Shown: positions 50,601 through 63,199 of the stretch, one piece after another
Layout of the letters: every line of letters begins with the position of its first letter
How positions within the stretch are numbered: the first letter of the stretch is position 1
Assembly: GCF_000143415.4 (NCBI RefSeq)
Contig: NW_003314298.1
Span: 1 to 64,000, forward strand
Length of the DNA stretch: 64,000 nt
From: Selaginella moellendorffii
Taxonomy: Eukaryota > Plantae > Lycopodiophyta
Direction: 5' to 3'
Translations under genes and position numbers: made by a program
The notes under the pieces: generated by a model
Database searches by the model: none
Told to the model about the DNA's origin: nothing
What the model saw: the letters and a program-made list of their open reading frames with translations, nothing else

Positions 50601-52135
50601 GGTGGCCAGGCATTGAATCTTGGGGGCAGGACATCGGCTTCCAGTGGCTCAAACCAGGAGAGGACGCCAAGTACTTGGGGATTCAAGTTGGTACTTGGTT
50701 CAGTGCAGCACTTCAGGATGACACCTTGCTCCGACGGGTACGAACGTCAATCCAGAAGTGGGCTCCCTGGAAACTCGGTTTGCCAGCGAGAGTGGTCGTA
50801 GCCAAGAGCATCATTATGCCCAGCATCTGGTACCACCTCTCAATTTGTCCTGTCCCAAAATGCACTCTTAGAAAGGTATGCACGATGGTTCGTCAGTATT
50901 TGTGGCGGGGCGCACTGGTCACAGGGAGGAGCATGGCCAAGGTCGCATGGCAAACTACAGCACATCCACGAGTCTTGGGAGGACTTGGAGTAATTGATCC
51001 GAGTGACATGGCGAAGGTGCTGCGGTATAAAATCCTCCTCATCAGCCTTCAACCAAGTAACCAACCTTGGAGACTCAACGAAGAAGGGGCAGCTTTGGCC
51101 TAGGTGCTGTCTTAAACCTGGAGACTTTGTGGCTCTGCAACGGGACGTGGAGCCAGATAGGGAATGAGTCAGCTTGGGGGCTTGGACACAGGGCATTTAT
51201 GGCCAAAACACCAGCTTGGGAGGACAGAGATGTGGAGGTGTGGTTCGTGGTGTCTCCAGACCAAAATGTTGGGTGTCCTTTTCGGGTCCTGAGAGGCGAC
51301 ATGCTGCTGCCAGCAGGGGATGAACAGGTAATGCCGATGGTGACGGATGATGAAGTCAAGGGCAGGATTTGAGTAATACAACAGGTTCTGAAGCCGTCGG
51401 TGGGGATTCACTCATTGGCCACACTAGAGGGGGATGGCACTCTCAGATGGTGGCAACAGCAGCTCATCGAGGATCTGGATTGGGACCCCACAGCATGGAA
51501 ACGAGGAGCGAGGAGCCTCTTCTCCTTTGGTGTCAAGGAAGCAAGGGATGGTCTCTTGACCAGCAGGGAGGAGGCCCGAGGGGAGATCCCCAAGCTCTAG
51601 AAGAAATGGATCGAGCAAGGAGTTGAAGCAAATCAGGTGGTGGGCAACACCCTTGCGTTCTGGAAACTGCCGGTACAGGAGAAAGTCAAGGCCACCTCTT
51701 GGTTGATGGCAAATAACGGGCTGCCGGTAGGACAGCAGTTCCAGGAAGAAGCATGCCGACGATGCAAGGAGTGTGGTGAGCTGGAGATAGTGCGACATGC
51801 ACTATGGGAATGCGACGTGGTGAGAGAAGTATGGCGACAGATCTTCAAGGTGACACAGGAACTCAGAGACATTCCAGAGTTCGAGCCTCGGAGTGGGGAT
51901 ATCCTCCACTAGTTTGAGGGAGCTAGAGGTCCAGCCATTGGTCCAGCTTGGAGGTGTATTCGCTGCTACGGACAACTCGGACGGAACATGCGAGTCTGGT
52001 GGGACGCAACAGGGGCTGAAGTCAGGATGTCCATCTGGGAGGCAATGGGCCATGAGCACTGGTCCATTTGGAGGGCAACAGGAGTGCAGGCACTTTGGGA
52101 GGCTCGGAACCATTGTCGCTTTGATGGACAACAAG
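44691..52135 (+). mobile_element. Second, near full-length copy of the same LINE (ORF1 RRM-like + Zn knuckle, APE endonuclease, RT), degenerate and 3'-interrupted
   Basis: ORF1-like region 46981-47810. APE motifs CLQEHK, INVYAPT, LGDFN, SRLDRIY. 49461-52135 matches 41236-44315 with a deletion near 51076. 5' boundary approximate. Confidence 0.88.
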
Positions 52136-52139
52136 CTGC

Positions 52140-53957
52140 AGCTGCCGCCCATATGTAAACACGAGTCCCATTCACCTCCTCCAAATCCTCTCATGACACT
52201 GCCACCTCATCAAGAGATTGGAGCTGTTACCCATTCAAGACGTGTGAGCAAACTAACGATCAGAGCTCTTGAATCTCTTGGTCAAGCTCCATGCAAGAAG
52301 GGATTCTACTGGGCCATGAGCTCCATTGCTAAACCTCATGGCTACCAGGCTTCTCTCTCTAGTCCTAATGCCTCACAATGGCAAGCAGCCATGCAGGATG
52401 AGTATGACTCACTGATCAAGAATGGAACCTGGACATTGGTTCCCCTCCCTCCTGGCAAGAAGGCAGTCACAGCCAAGTGGCTGTTCAAGAAGAAATATCG
52501 AGCTGATGGCAGTATCGAGCGCCACAAGGCATGGTTTGTAGCTCATGGTTTCTAGCTCATGGTTTCTCATGGTTTGTAGCTCATGGTTTGTAGCTCATAG
52601 TTGATTACTTTAAAACTTATAGCCCTGTTGTAAAGCTAATGACAATTCATTTTTTGATGAGCCTTGCAACTGAGCTTGACCTGGAGCTCCATCAACTTGA
52701 TGTGAGAACTGCTTTCTTGAATGGTTATCTTGAGGAGGAGGTGTACGTTGCCCAGCCTCCTAGGTTTATACGTCCCGGACAGGAGCATCTCGTCTGCCGC
52801 TTACACAAAGCTCTCTACAGGCTGAAACAAAGCCTCAGGTCATGGTACACTAAAATTAACAGCTTTTTGACCTCGTTGGGCTTTACTCACAGCATGGCTG
52901 ATAATAATCTCTACATATATTGAGATGGCCAAGGATTTCTATTCTTAGCCTTATATGTGGACGATACAATATTAGCCTCCAACCAGATGTGACTCATCCA
53001 CCGCATCAAGGCCTCTCTCACTGTTAAATTGAGATGACCGATCTGGGAAACTTGCACTACTGTCTGGGAATTCAAGTCTTCCGGGATAGACAACGTGGAG
53101 TACTTGAGCTCTCCTAGGAGAAATACATCCATGACATTCTCCAGAGGTACTCTATGCTTAATGCTAACCCGGTGGCTACTCCTATGGAAGCAAGCTCAAA
53201 GTTGTCCAAGGCTTTTAGTTTGACATCAACCTCAGATGACACTCCCGAGGAGGAGACCACAACATTGTACCATTCAGTGTTTGGGAGCCTCATCTAGTTG
53301 ATGGTCTCAACTAGGCCTATTCTCGCATTCAGTGTGGGAGCAGTCTCAAAGTTCTTGGACAATCCATCACCCTCACATTAGGCCACTGTGAAGTGGATCA
53401 TGAGGTATGTGAGTGGCACAAGGAAATTCACATTGAAATATGCAAGAGGAGATGGAGACAACAGCCTAGTGGGATTCATAGATGTAGATTGGGCAAGAGA
53501 TCTAGATGACAGAAGATCCACCACAGGGTATGTCTTCATGTATAACCATAATATGGTTAGTTGGTGTTCCAGGAGGCAACAGATCACTGCGATGTCCTCA
53601 TGCAAACCTGAATACATCGCAACTGCAGTAGCAATGAAAGAGGCCATCTGGCTTAAGACGTTGCTGCAGGACCTCGGGATTCAAATTCCAGCAGTCAAAC
53701 TCTACTGCAACAATATGTCGACAATAGCGTTGACTCGGGATGCAAGATTTCATTCACACACCAAGCACATTGAGTTGAGGTTCCATTTCATCGGAGATCA
53801 AGTCAATAATGGAACAATCAACCTGGAATTCTGTCCGACCAGCTCAATGGTCATTAATATCCTAACGAAGTCCTTGCCTCGAGTGAAGCATGAACTCTTC
53901 CTCAAATCACTCCATTTGACTGACGGTGTGAGCCTTGAGGAGTGTGGAAAAAAGTGA
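52140..53957 (+). mobile_element. Ty1/Copia RT-RNase H fragment, degenerate
   Basis: Motifs WQAAMQDEYDSLIKNGTW, QLDVRTAFLNG, LYVDD, DVDWARDLDDRRSTTGY and KHIELRFHF. Confidence 0.93.
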
Positions 53958-53959
53958 TG

Positions 53960-54395
53960 ACAAGTCTCCACGTCAGCAAAGAAGACAAGTCATTCATCCA
54001 AGACACCAACCACCAAGCGTCACACCCATATCATTATGTACATAACCATATGAAAGCAATGAAGTTGACAGAGCATTCCGCACATAAAAACACACATCTA
54101 CAGTTTGTTGACATGGAGACTTGTTGTCACTCATCTCCACACTCCTCCTCAAGGCTTGCACTGTCAGTCAAATGGAGAGATTTGAGGAAGACTTCATGTT
54201 TCACTTGGGGCAAGGACTTTGTTAGGATATCAACAACCATTGAGGTGGTTGAAGCAAAATTCCAAGTTGATGGTTCCATTGTGTTTGGTGCATGAGTGAA
54301 TACTATTGCCAACATAACTATTGAAATTTGTATCCCTAGGTTCTACAGTAACATCTTAAGCCAGATGGCTTCTTTCGCTGCAAATATGATATACT
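53960..54395 (-). mobile_element. Inverted, diverged duplicate of the Copia RNase H 3' end
   Basis: DILTKSLPQVKHEVFLKSLHL and KEAIWLKML on the minus strand. Confidence 0.8.
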
Positions 54396-54409
54396 TAGAC
54401 TTGCGTAAT

Positions 54410-56570
54410 TGAGGTGGATCCAAAGAAGGTGGAAGCGGTGAAGTCTTCGGAAGTTCCGACCATTGTATCAAACGTTCATTCCTTTCTTGGTTTAGTGGGA
54501 TATTATTGCAAGTTTGTCCGCAATTTTGCAAAAATTGCTCTTCCATTGACTAAGTTAACAAAGAGTAGTATACTATTTCATTGGACACCAACTTGTCAGC
54601 ATGCTTTTGTATAGTGGAAGGAGATCTTGACTACAGTTCCTATTCTTAGGATTTTGGATTTTGATAAACCCTTCAAAGTGCATTGTGATGCATCTAACTA
54701 TGTTATTGGTGCCATGTTGCAACAAGATTGTGACAAAGTTGTTGGTGTTCCATTAAGGCAATATGGTTGTCCTGCTGCATTCTATTCCAAGAAATTGAAT
54801 AGAACCCAACGAAGATGGCTAATGCATGAGAAAGAGATGTTTGCTATAGTGTCGACATTAGAACATTGGAGACACTACTTGGGTGGACACACCAAGGTTT
54901 ATACAAATAGTAATACACTGAGTTACTTTGCTACGTAGGCTAAGCTTATGCCGAAGTAGGCCTGTTGGCAAGAGAAGCTTGCTAGATATGATATTAAAAT
55001 CATATATAAACCTGGTAAAGACAATATTGTTCCGGATGCATTGAGTCATCAGGCTCAGTTCTGGGCAATATCGGCAATCTGTTCGGATTGGTTGAAGGAT
55101 GTTTGGGCTTCATATAGAAGTGATCCATTGGCAAAGGCAATCTTGCACTATGCGGAGTTGTCAAGGTAGAACTTTGGTAGCGAAGCGGCAAAAGCTGCTA
55201 GTCAAACCAATGCAAAGCTTCACTTCTTAGTTTAGGATGGGTTTATATTCTATAAGCAGGAAAAATTGTATCTTCCCTCTAAGGATTTGCAGCAGTTGTT
55301 TCTGCAGGAATATCATGATGTTCTGGTAGTAGGATATGGTGGAAAGCAAAAGACTCTGGCTTCATTGAAAAAGAGATTTTTCTGGTCTAGTATAGAAGGT
55401 GATGTAACAGACTATGTCCATTCCTACCCTATATGCCAGTAATGTAAGCACAGAACTGAGAAGCAAGCTGGAAAGTTATAGTGCATTCTAGCACTGGCAT
55501 GGCCATTTTAGAGTATGACACTTGATTTTGTCACTTGTTTGCCGAAATCTAAAGGTTATGATACTTTGATGGTGGTTGATGATTGGTTATTGAAGATTGC
55601 ACACTTCATTCCAACTATGGGAATAATGAATGCGAAGCAAGTAGCAAAGCTCCTTTTCCATGAAGTAGTGTGGGTTCATGGTCTTCCCAAAGAGATGATC
55701 TCGGATAGAGATTCGAGATTTACAGGGAAGTTTTGGGGCACACTGTTCCAATTATTCGGTACCAAGTTGAAGTTTAGTATGGCTTATCATCCTCAAACTG
55801 ATGGGTAGACTAAACGTGTGAATGCTCAAGTTAAGGATTATTTGCGGTACTATGTTGCAACGGACCAACGTGACTAAGTTGAGCATTTAGACACAGTAGA
55901 AATTTGATATAACAACACATTTCATAGCGCTATTGGCTGTTCTCTATGGGCGATGCTACAAGCGAATGCTCATAGGGTTCCTCAACAAATTGTTGTACCG
56001 AAACTAACGTTCAAAGTGTTGGTCTTGCCCATTGAGACTTATGCGGAGTAGCTACGCCAAGGTTGATGTAGAGCTACTGAGGCGATGGGCAAAGCTCAAG
56101 ATAGGTATCAACGTGATAAAGATCAATATCGTCGGGATGTATCCTATCAAATGGGAGATCATGTGTGGCTATCTTCCCGAAACTTGAACATTAAGATTCT
56201 TTGTCTCGAAAGCTCTTGCCAAGATATGTTGGACCCTATCAGGTGTTGAAATGAATTGGTGATGTATCTTATCGGTTGGATCTGTTTACAGAGATGTCCA
56301 ATGTTCATAATGTATTTCATGCCAATCTATTGGCTCTTTACACTATGGATGTTGCATGTCAAGGGGAGATTCGTCCATCACCAGAAGTTGTGGATGGTGA
56401 ACCTGAATACGAAGTTGAAAGCATTCTATCACGAGGCCGGAAATGTGGTGGTTGTTTCAAGGAATATCTAGTTAAGTGGAAAGGTTACTCGGTTTATGAA
56501 TCAATTTAGGAACCTCTTAGTATTATTACATATGCTCGTGAGTTTGTCACGGAGTATAAGAATAGTAATA
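54410..56570 (+). mobile_element. Ty3/Gypsy chromovirus pol relic (RT end, RNase H, integrase, chromodomain)
   Basis: Motifs SFLGLVGYY, CDASNYVIGA, MTLDFVTCLP, ISDRDSRF, YHPQTDG and EYEVESIL..YLVKWKGY; many stops. Confidence 0.92.
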
Positions 56571-56875
56571 AAGACTAACTTTTGTAAACTTTGTAATAAA
56601 TCTTGCAAATCAATAAAATAGTATATTTCTATAAATCAAAGTTTCATCTCTTTTGTTGGTTAGTACTTGGGTCAGTTTTGGCAGGTTGACTTCAGCACTT
56701 CGGTGCATGGGTCTAATCTATAACCATGGGGATAACTATTATAGACTGATATGGAAGAGGAAGAGAAACCAAAACTGGAACTGGAAGAGGACGAGGGAAG
56801 AGGAGGAAGAGGAAAACACTACCTCTGAGTACTATAGTGTAGAATAAAAATGTATGTTTCGTTTCAATATTTTCT

Positions 56876-57403
56876 TTTCCCTCTATATTTGAACCCCATG
56901 GATCATCTTTCGAATCGTTCTCTTTGGTTGCTTACAAGCCACCACACTTCCTTGCAAGTTCATGCCCTTGTGAACAAAGCTGAGAGCGGCTCTCTTGAGA
57001 GCCCCACTCTCTTGATACTCTACCTTTTGTTTATGCCCTCGTGAACAAAAGTTAAGAGCTACAGCTCTCCTAAAAGCCCTATTCTCTTAACACCCTACCC
57101 CTTGGGTCGAGCCCGGCTGGAGCAAATTAAACCTACCAAATGTCAATTAACATATGGTGTTATTCCCCTAAGCCAACCAATAGAGTTGAACCTAAGACCC
57201 CTCTAATACCAAATGTAAGCTTTTGAATTTGGACTTCCCAGGAGGTTATCCAGCCCAGTACTATTCAAACCCAAGGATACTTAACCCTAAATATCTCAAG
57301 ACCCTTAACTAATTGGAAAAGGACACTCTTGTTCATGGGCCCTTTCCCTTTATATTTGAACCCCATGAATCATCTCTCGAATTATTCCCTTTGATTGCTT
57401 ATA
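56876..57403 (-). mobile_element. Cassandra-like TRIM with 5S rRNA-derived LTR
   Basis: 190-bp LTR at 57214-57403 carrying a 5S-like segment (57231-57286). PBS TGGTATTAGAG (57201-57211, minus), PPT-like GGAAGTGTGGTGGCT, and a partial second LTR at 56876-56936. Confidence 0.8.
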
Positions 57404-58049
57404 TAAAAGTGTTATGGTTAAATAGTGGTGCTTCATTTCACATGACTCCCTTGAGGTTTGTGTTTCACACCTAGAAGCCTCTCCATGCTTCATAACAAGT
57501 TTACATTGGCAATAAATGACCACTTCAGCTGGAAGGCCGTAACATGATGGTGATCAAACTTCCAGATGAACCTCTCAAGGAGGTTCATCATATTCACTTC
57601 ATCTATATACCATTTTTTCCATAGGTGCAAGGTTTATGGATTGTATGTGAAAAGAAAAAACTTTTAGGTAAGAACCAATTTTGTGTTAGTGGCTTTGGCT
57701 GCAAGAGAGAATCCCAAATCAAGAAGATGAATGAATTCATCTCCAAGACCCAGTCCAATCACCAAGAGTGCTTTGTGATTCTTAGAGTCCTATGTAGCCT
57801 ACAAGGTAGTGTTAGTCAGTGTCAAGAGGTCTTACCTGACCAAGTCCTAGCAAGCTTTAGCCATCAAAATTAACTGAACTTTGGTCTTCCACAATGAATG
57901 TCATGCAAAGAAGGCTGCAGCCTTCTACCTAGCATATGCTTGCTCAAAGCAACTTGTTGTTAATAATGGCTCTTCTCGGCTTGCAGCCATGGTGGCCTCA
58001 TCAAAGACAGTGTCCAACTCTTCATGTCACTCCTCCACGACTATCCGAC

Positions 58050-58742
58050 GATCTCCCACACTACTACTGCATGGTGGACCTCATAGCCAAGCTCAATGCT
58101 GCCGAGAAGTTTATAGCCACGGCACCTCTCAAGCCTGACCAGGTGATCCACTCCACAATGCTGGGAGCCTCCAAAGTTCACAAGGACGTGGAGCGAGCTA
58201 GAAAGTCTGCTGAGCACTTGATGGAGCTCATGCTGGAATGCTCTGTGGCATACATGGTGCTGTCGAATCTCTACAACAAAGTCAGGAAGAAGGATCAGGG
58301 GGGCAAGATTGGGAGGCTCATGTATGAGAAGAACATCAGGAAGGAGCCAGCTTTCAGCTCCATCGCAGTGAAGTGAAGAGTCCACGAGTTCTTCACGGGG
58401 AACACGACAAATGCTCAAACTCCGGAGATCTTGGAGGAGCTGGAGACGGAGATGGCCAAGGCGGGATACACTCCAGACACCACTGTCATGCTTCACGACA
58501 TGGGGGACGAGCAAAAGAAGCGCTTGCTCTCGTATCACAGCGAGAAGCTGGCAATTGCGTTTGGGTTGATCAGCACAGCCCCAGGAACTTTGCTGAGGAT
58601 CATCAAGAACTTGCGCATGTGTGGGGACTGTCACACTGCCACCAAGTTTATCTCCAAGATCACGGGAAGAGAGATTGTCGTGAGAGACAGCCATCGCTTC
58701 CATCACTTTGACAATGGGACGTGCTCTTGTGGAGACTATTGA
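58050..58742 (+). pseudogene. PPR E/DYW-class RNA-editing factor, C-terminal relic
   Basis: Motifs [39 protein letters not shown] and RFHHF..G.CSCGDY*. The terminal W codon is TGA and there is a stop/frameshift at about 58375. Confidence 0.9.
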
Positions 58743-59191
58743 TAATTCAGGTAAGTTTTAATCTAATTTATTTTTAAAATAAGGAACAAAGCAAAAAGGT
58801 GGTTAAAAAGGGAGCTTAGTTTTATATAAATCCCGACTTGGTCTAACAAGAGGAAGCATTCTCTCCCTGTTCTTCGAAGAACCTAACTCGGTCGACCAAG
58901 AGGACGTGTTCTCCACACAAGAGGGTCCCCTTGTATCCTCCAGCCTTGTTCTCTCTCATGGATCTGGAAGGATCCGAGATGGATCAAGCAAGTTTCTTTG
59001 AACTTAGAGAACCCAGAGAGGTGGACAACGAACTCGTGATGAAGCAAGAACCACTTGAAGAGTTAAGATTGGATCAAGTTTCTTGCTCCGAGATCGACTG
59101 GGCAGAACTTCTCAAAGACCTCTAGTTTGATGAAAATTGGTCACTTTAGCAAGAGATGTTTTGTACAAATAAACATTTTGAATGATTTAAT

Positions 59192-60418
59192 TTGAGCCAA
59201 GTTGACATCCCTGGGTCAGTTGAAAGTAACTGTTGTCCGGCACTGCTGCTGCTGCTTTCGATCAATTTCTTCTCGATCTACAGCACCATCGAAAGCACTC
59301 GAAACAACCCAAGCATCCACCAACACGAGCCGGGATTTCCAAGAACTCTGGAAAGCCTATCAAATTTTCCTGAACCGGCTCTCGAGATCACTCGCAAAAG
59401 ATGACAACAATGGACTTCCCTGGTGGTATAACATCAACCCGCACTTTCCATGGCCCTCCTTTCCATTTCTGCGGCCTCCAATGCTACCACCACCGCCACT
59501 ACCACCTTTGTGCCCGCCACCACCACCGCCAGTAAACTTCACCTCCAGCGATGTCGATTGAATCAACCTTGCTCTCAACGTTCACTATCTCCAAGCCGAG
59601 TTCTTCCTCCATGCAGTGTTTGGACATGGGCTTGACAAAGTTAATGCAAAGCTTGCCAAGAAGGGGCCACCGCCTATTGGAGGCCGCAAAGCTCAACTCT
59701 CTACACGAATGGAGCATGTTGCCAAAGAACTTAGGCTCCAATCTACAGGTCATATCAGGTAGTTAACATTCTTTCTCTCAAGTCTTTTTTTCTAAAGTTG
59801 TTTTCACACGGCCGACAAATCGATTGTTTGTCCAGCTTATCATGGATTGCCCCCTGCTAAACATCAATGCTGGAGTGTGGAATTCACTCATCAGCAAGGC
59901 TCTCATTCACAATCACGCCGAAGTTGATGGTGGTTCTTTGCAGTTTGATCCGTACGAAAACGACGCAAACTTTCTCAATGCTGCATATGTGATACCGTAC
60001 ATTGGCCTCAACACGCTCGTAGATTCAAGCAATCGAGTCACTGGCATTCAAGCACGAAAGGTAACAAAGAATTACAAGTTTTTATGAAGATTTTCAAGAG
60101 ATTCTTTGTTTCCTCAAAACAGTGGTTATGGGAGTCCAAGCAGTGATCCGGACACTGCTCTTCGAGATCATGGAAAACAAGTTGCCTCCGCACAACGTCA
60201 CAGTCGCCGTCTCGGATCTCTGTCGCAAGCTTGATCACACAAGAAAGGCTGACGAGGGCTTGAGTGTGCATCAAAACCGTGGAGCCGAGAAGCAAGTAAA
60301 CGGGAATCTGATCTCCGCGAATGACTATGCCATGGCCATCTCGAGATCGCCCCAGCAAGTTCTCCAAGTTTTGTACGGACACAGGAGACACTTCTGTACC
60401 GGGATTGTTCTTGGCTGA
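59192..60418 (+). pseudogene. Desiccation-related PCC13-62-like (ferritin-like) pseudogene
   Basis: Motifs FDPYENDANFLNAAYVIPYIGL, QAVIRTLLFE and AMAISRSPQQVLQVLY; fragmented frames. Confidence 0.7.
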
Positions 60419-60448
60419 CATCTTTCTCAAACGCAGGCAGCCCAAACT

Positions 60449-61279
60449 TTAGTGTGAATGACCTTTTGCCTTTCCAGAAGTTCTAGCAAATGAAATTCCA
60501 AACTTAGGATCAGCCGAGGAAACCTTCTTGTAAAAAAAAACGGTGTCTCCTTCCTTGAGCGAGTGCTCCCTCACGTAATGAATCCAGTGTGTTGTGATCA
60601 GGCTCCCAGTTTTCCCTTTCTTGCACCGGAGCTCCCAAACTCCGCCCTCTTCGTCCACAAATTCCACGAGAACCTTTTGATCATTCGGGAGAATCGACTC
60701 GTACTTGACCGGGATGAGCAATCTGTGCAGGCTATTCACGTCGCTGGCGGTCAGCTTCTTGCCAAATAGTAGAGCCCAACGAGATGGATCGCAGGTGACG
60801 AGGGGATCCTCGTGTTTCCGGGGTCTCCACTTGTGACACTTCGTTTTCTTGGTGTCTCCCGCCGGCTGAATCGCGCCATCTTCACCTGAGGACGAGGAAT
60901 CTTTCACCTCATCAGTCCTTGAACCGTAATCTCGATCGCCCATCTTAAGTTTCTTTACCTTTTGTCCCAGTTGTTGACATTCGTCCATGACCACCACCTT
61001 TCTTCGTTTCTTCTCGTGTAGCTGCCCAGCTTCCTGGTTAATCACTTGTCTTTTGCCGTTGGAATCGGGCTCGCTGGTGCTCATATCCGCCGTGAACCAA
61101 AGTAGAGCCCTCCAGAGCATGGATTTCCGTGGAGACCGCTTCCTTCTCAGGACAAATGTCTTCAAAAAACTTGGCTGCAAGGCTGCAGCGTCTGCAAGAA
61201 CCAACAGTCCAGAAAAATCTTTGCTTGTCATCTCACCACTAGTGGAAAAAACCCTTCGCTTTAATCCAAACGTATACAC
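60449..61279 (-). CDS. B3 DNA-binding domain protein (RAV/ABI3-like B3); start uncertain
   Basis: LFGKKLTASDVNSLHRLLIP...WIHYVREHSLKEGDTVFFYK in an open 276-aa frame. Confidence 0.82.
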   Translation of the reverse strand: MYTFGLKRRVFSTSGEMTSKDFSGLLVLADAAALQPSFLKTFVLRRKRSPRKSMLWRALLWFTADMSTSEPDSNGKRQVINQEAGQLHEKKRRKVVVMDECQQLGQKVKKLKMGDRDYGSRTDEVKDSSSSGEDGAIQPAGDTKKTKCHKWRPRKHEDPLVTCDPSRWALLFGKKLTASDVNSLHRLLIPVKYESILPNDQKVLVEFVDEEGGVWELRCKKGKTGSLITTHWIHYVREHSLKEGDTVFFYKKVSSADPKFGISFARTSGKAKGHSH

Positions 61280-61890
61280 TATTCACTGCCTTTTAAATAA
61301 AAGTTAAGCAAAAGGGGGTTAAAAATCTTGGCGACACCTACGTGGCAAAAGGCTTTGATTTGAAATCCCTAACAATCTCCCGGGCTCTTCAAATTTGGTT
61401 CCCGGTTCATCGATCGATCGATCGATCGGAGGAAGGATTGTTTGCCAGTTACTATATATCGTGATGAGGAGTGCATTGGGTCTTTCGGGCCAATTGATGA
61501 GATGTCAGTCCTCCCTGGCGACCAGCGCAAATGCTGTGATGATCTTGGCATCATCGGCGCCACCGCCGTTCGAATTGAGCAGCTTCAATCCTCTCAGCAC
61601 TACTGCCGCTGCCGCCACCGCCGCCTCCAGCCCAGGAGTGGCATCGACTTGTAGAGATTTCAGGAAGCTCTTGCTCAGCCACCCATATGTAAACATGAGT
61701 CTCTTGCTGAAAGAAAGAAAAAATGTCCCTCTATAAAGCTACGCTCTCCGACCTCATTAGATCTCTTGAGCAATCATCAAAAGCTTTGGCTGCACAGGAA
61801 GCAAAGTTTGCTAGTACAGATCCAAACTTAAATAGGCTTCGAGAGTAGGTTAATAGAAGGACAACACTAGCAGTAGGGTCAATATCTAAG

Positions 61891-62917
61891 ATGGTGGAGG
61901 AAGTTATTGCTGAAACTCTTATGAAATCAAGTTATGAACCACTTAGGGACATGAGAATAGCTCATATAAAGCGTCAACAGACATTTGATGGGCCAAACAT
62001 CACTCCTTCTAACTCTCATTGTCTAGAGTTTGACTACCATTCTGTTCCACGACACCGGAAAAGAACTAAGGAACATGGAGTGGAAGAGGTGTCAGTTATT
62101 ACACAAGTCTAGTGCTAGAGGTTGAAAAGGTTATTTCTCGTGAGCCAATTTCTTGTATCAACTGGGCAATTCAAAAAGTCAGTGCCAAGAGCAATGCACA
62201 TTGCTCCGGAATGATTGGGAGTCAAGGTTAGTGTCTCGCATTTGTGCCCTCAGATTCAAGTTCTTTAGCAGTGCCATGTTTCTGGGGCTGTCGAGATCTA
62301 GGGGTGAAGGGCTGCTGAAGTCAAGCTAGATTTATTGTTGTGGGACTGATGTTACTCATACAAGCCGGATCCATAGCTCAATTATTTTGAAGCCAGATTC
62401 TGTGCCAAAGGAGTGGCTAGTTGAGCGAAGCTGCAATCTTTTGAAAGAAGAGATTGAAAGTCTGGAGAGAGTAGGTTTCAAGCTAAAGACTTCTTCAAAT
62501 GTTGTTGTTAATATTACTATGCCACCAATATCAACACTAGACCGGCATACACGACCAGCTAGGAATGGAAAGGCTATACTATACAGGTCTTCCATTTCAA
62601 AAGGTGCACAAGAGAAGATCAAGCTAGAAAAAGAGTTGAAGTGCACAATCATAAAGACAAACTACATCAGTGCTGTGGCTAAGGAGTTTGTTGTTATGAT
62701 TGAGTCGTCAAAGGGTACAAGCTACACTGTCAAAATCTGTAAAAATCCATCCTGTACTTATCCAGATTTTATACAAAGGGAAAATAGGGGAAAGGTATAT
62801 TTAGCCTGCAAGCACATCTCTTACATTTTGATGCAAGAACTAAACCAAGATCCTAAGATCAACCATCACATCCACCAGGCTAGCCTTACAATTGTAAAGC
62901 TTAAGAAGTTTTTTTAG
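61891..62917 (+). pseudogene. SWIM zinc-finger-containing gene relic
   Basis: YTVKICKNPSCTYPDF...ACKHISYIL (one ligand lost); the upstream part is broken by stops. Confidence 0.6.
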
Positions 62918-63199
62918 ATTGCTTTTAGTGTTCGGATTTATATTTGTATTTTATTGGTCAAATTTACTTGGAAATATAGATTAAATAAAAATTTGAAAAA
63001 TGAAAAGATGTTAGTTCGGGACGAACCAATGTTTTCCTTGTGTTTGAGAAGCGGTGAGCTCATGAGCTCAAAACCTACCTAGGCTCCTGCCTAAGAACTC
63101 GAATCCTCCCACGTACCTCATCATTAGTGACGTCCAACATCACTTGCATCTCACATATTGGGAGCAGTGTATCTCCTCTGGTGGTGTGAAAGGGTTGTC

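Noticed and set aside
57231-57286. 5S rRNA gene
   Set aside because: Only ~56 bp, diverged and embedded in an LTR; treated as Cassandra-like.
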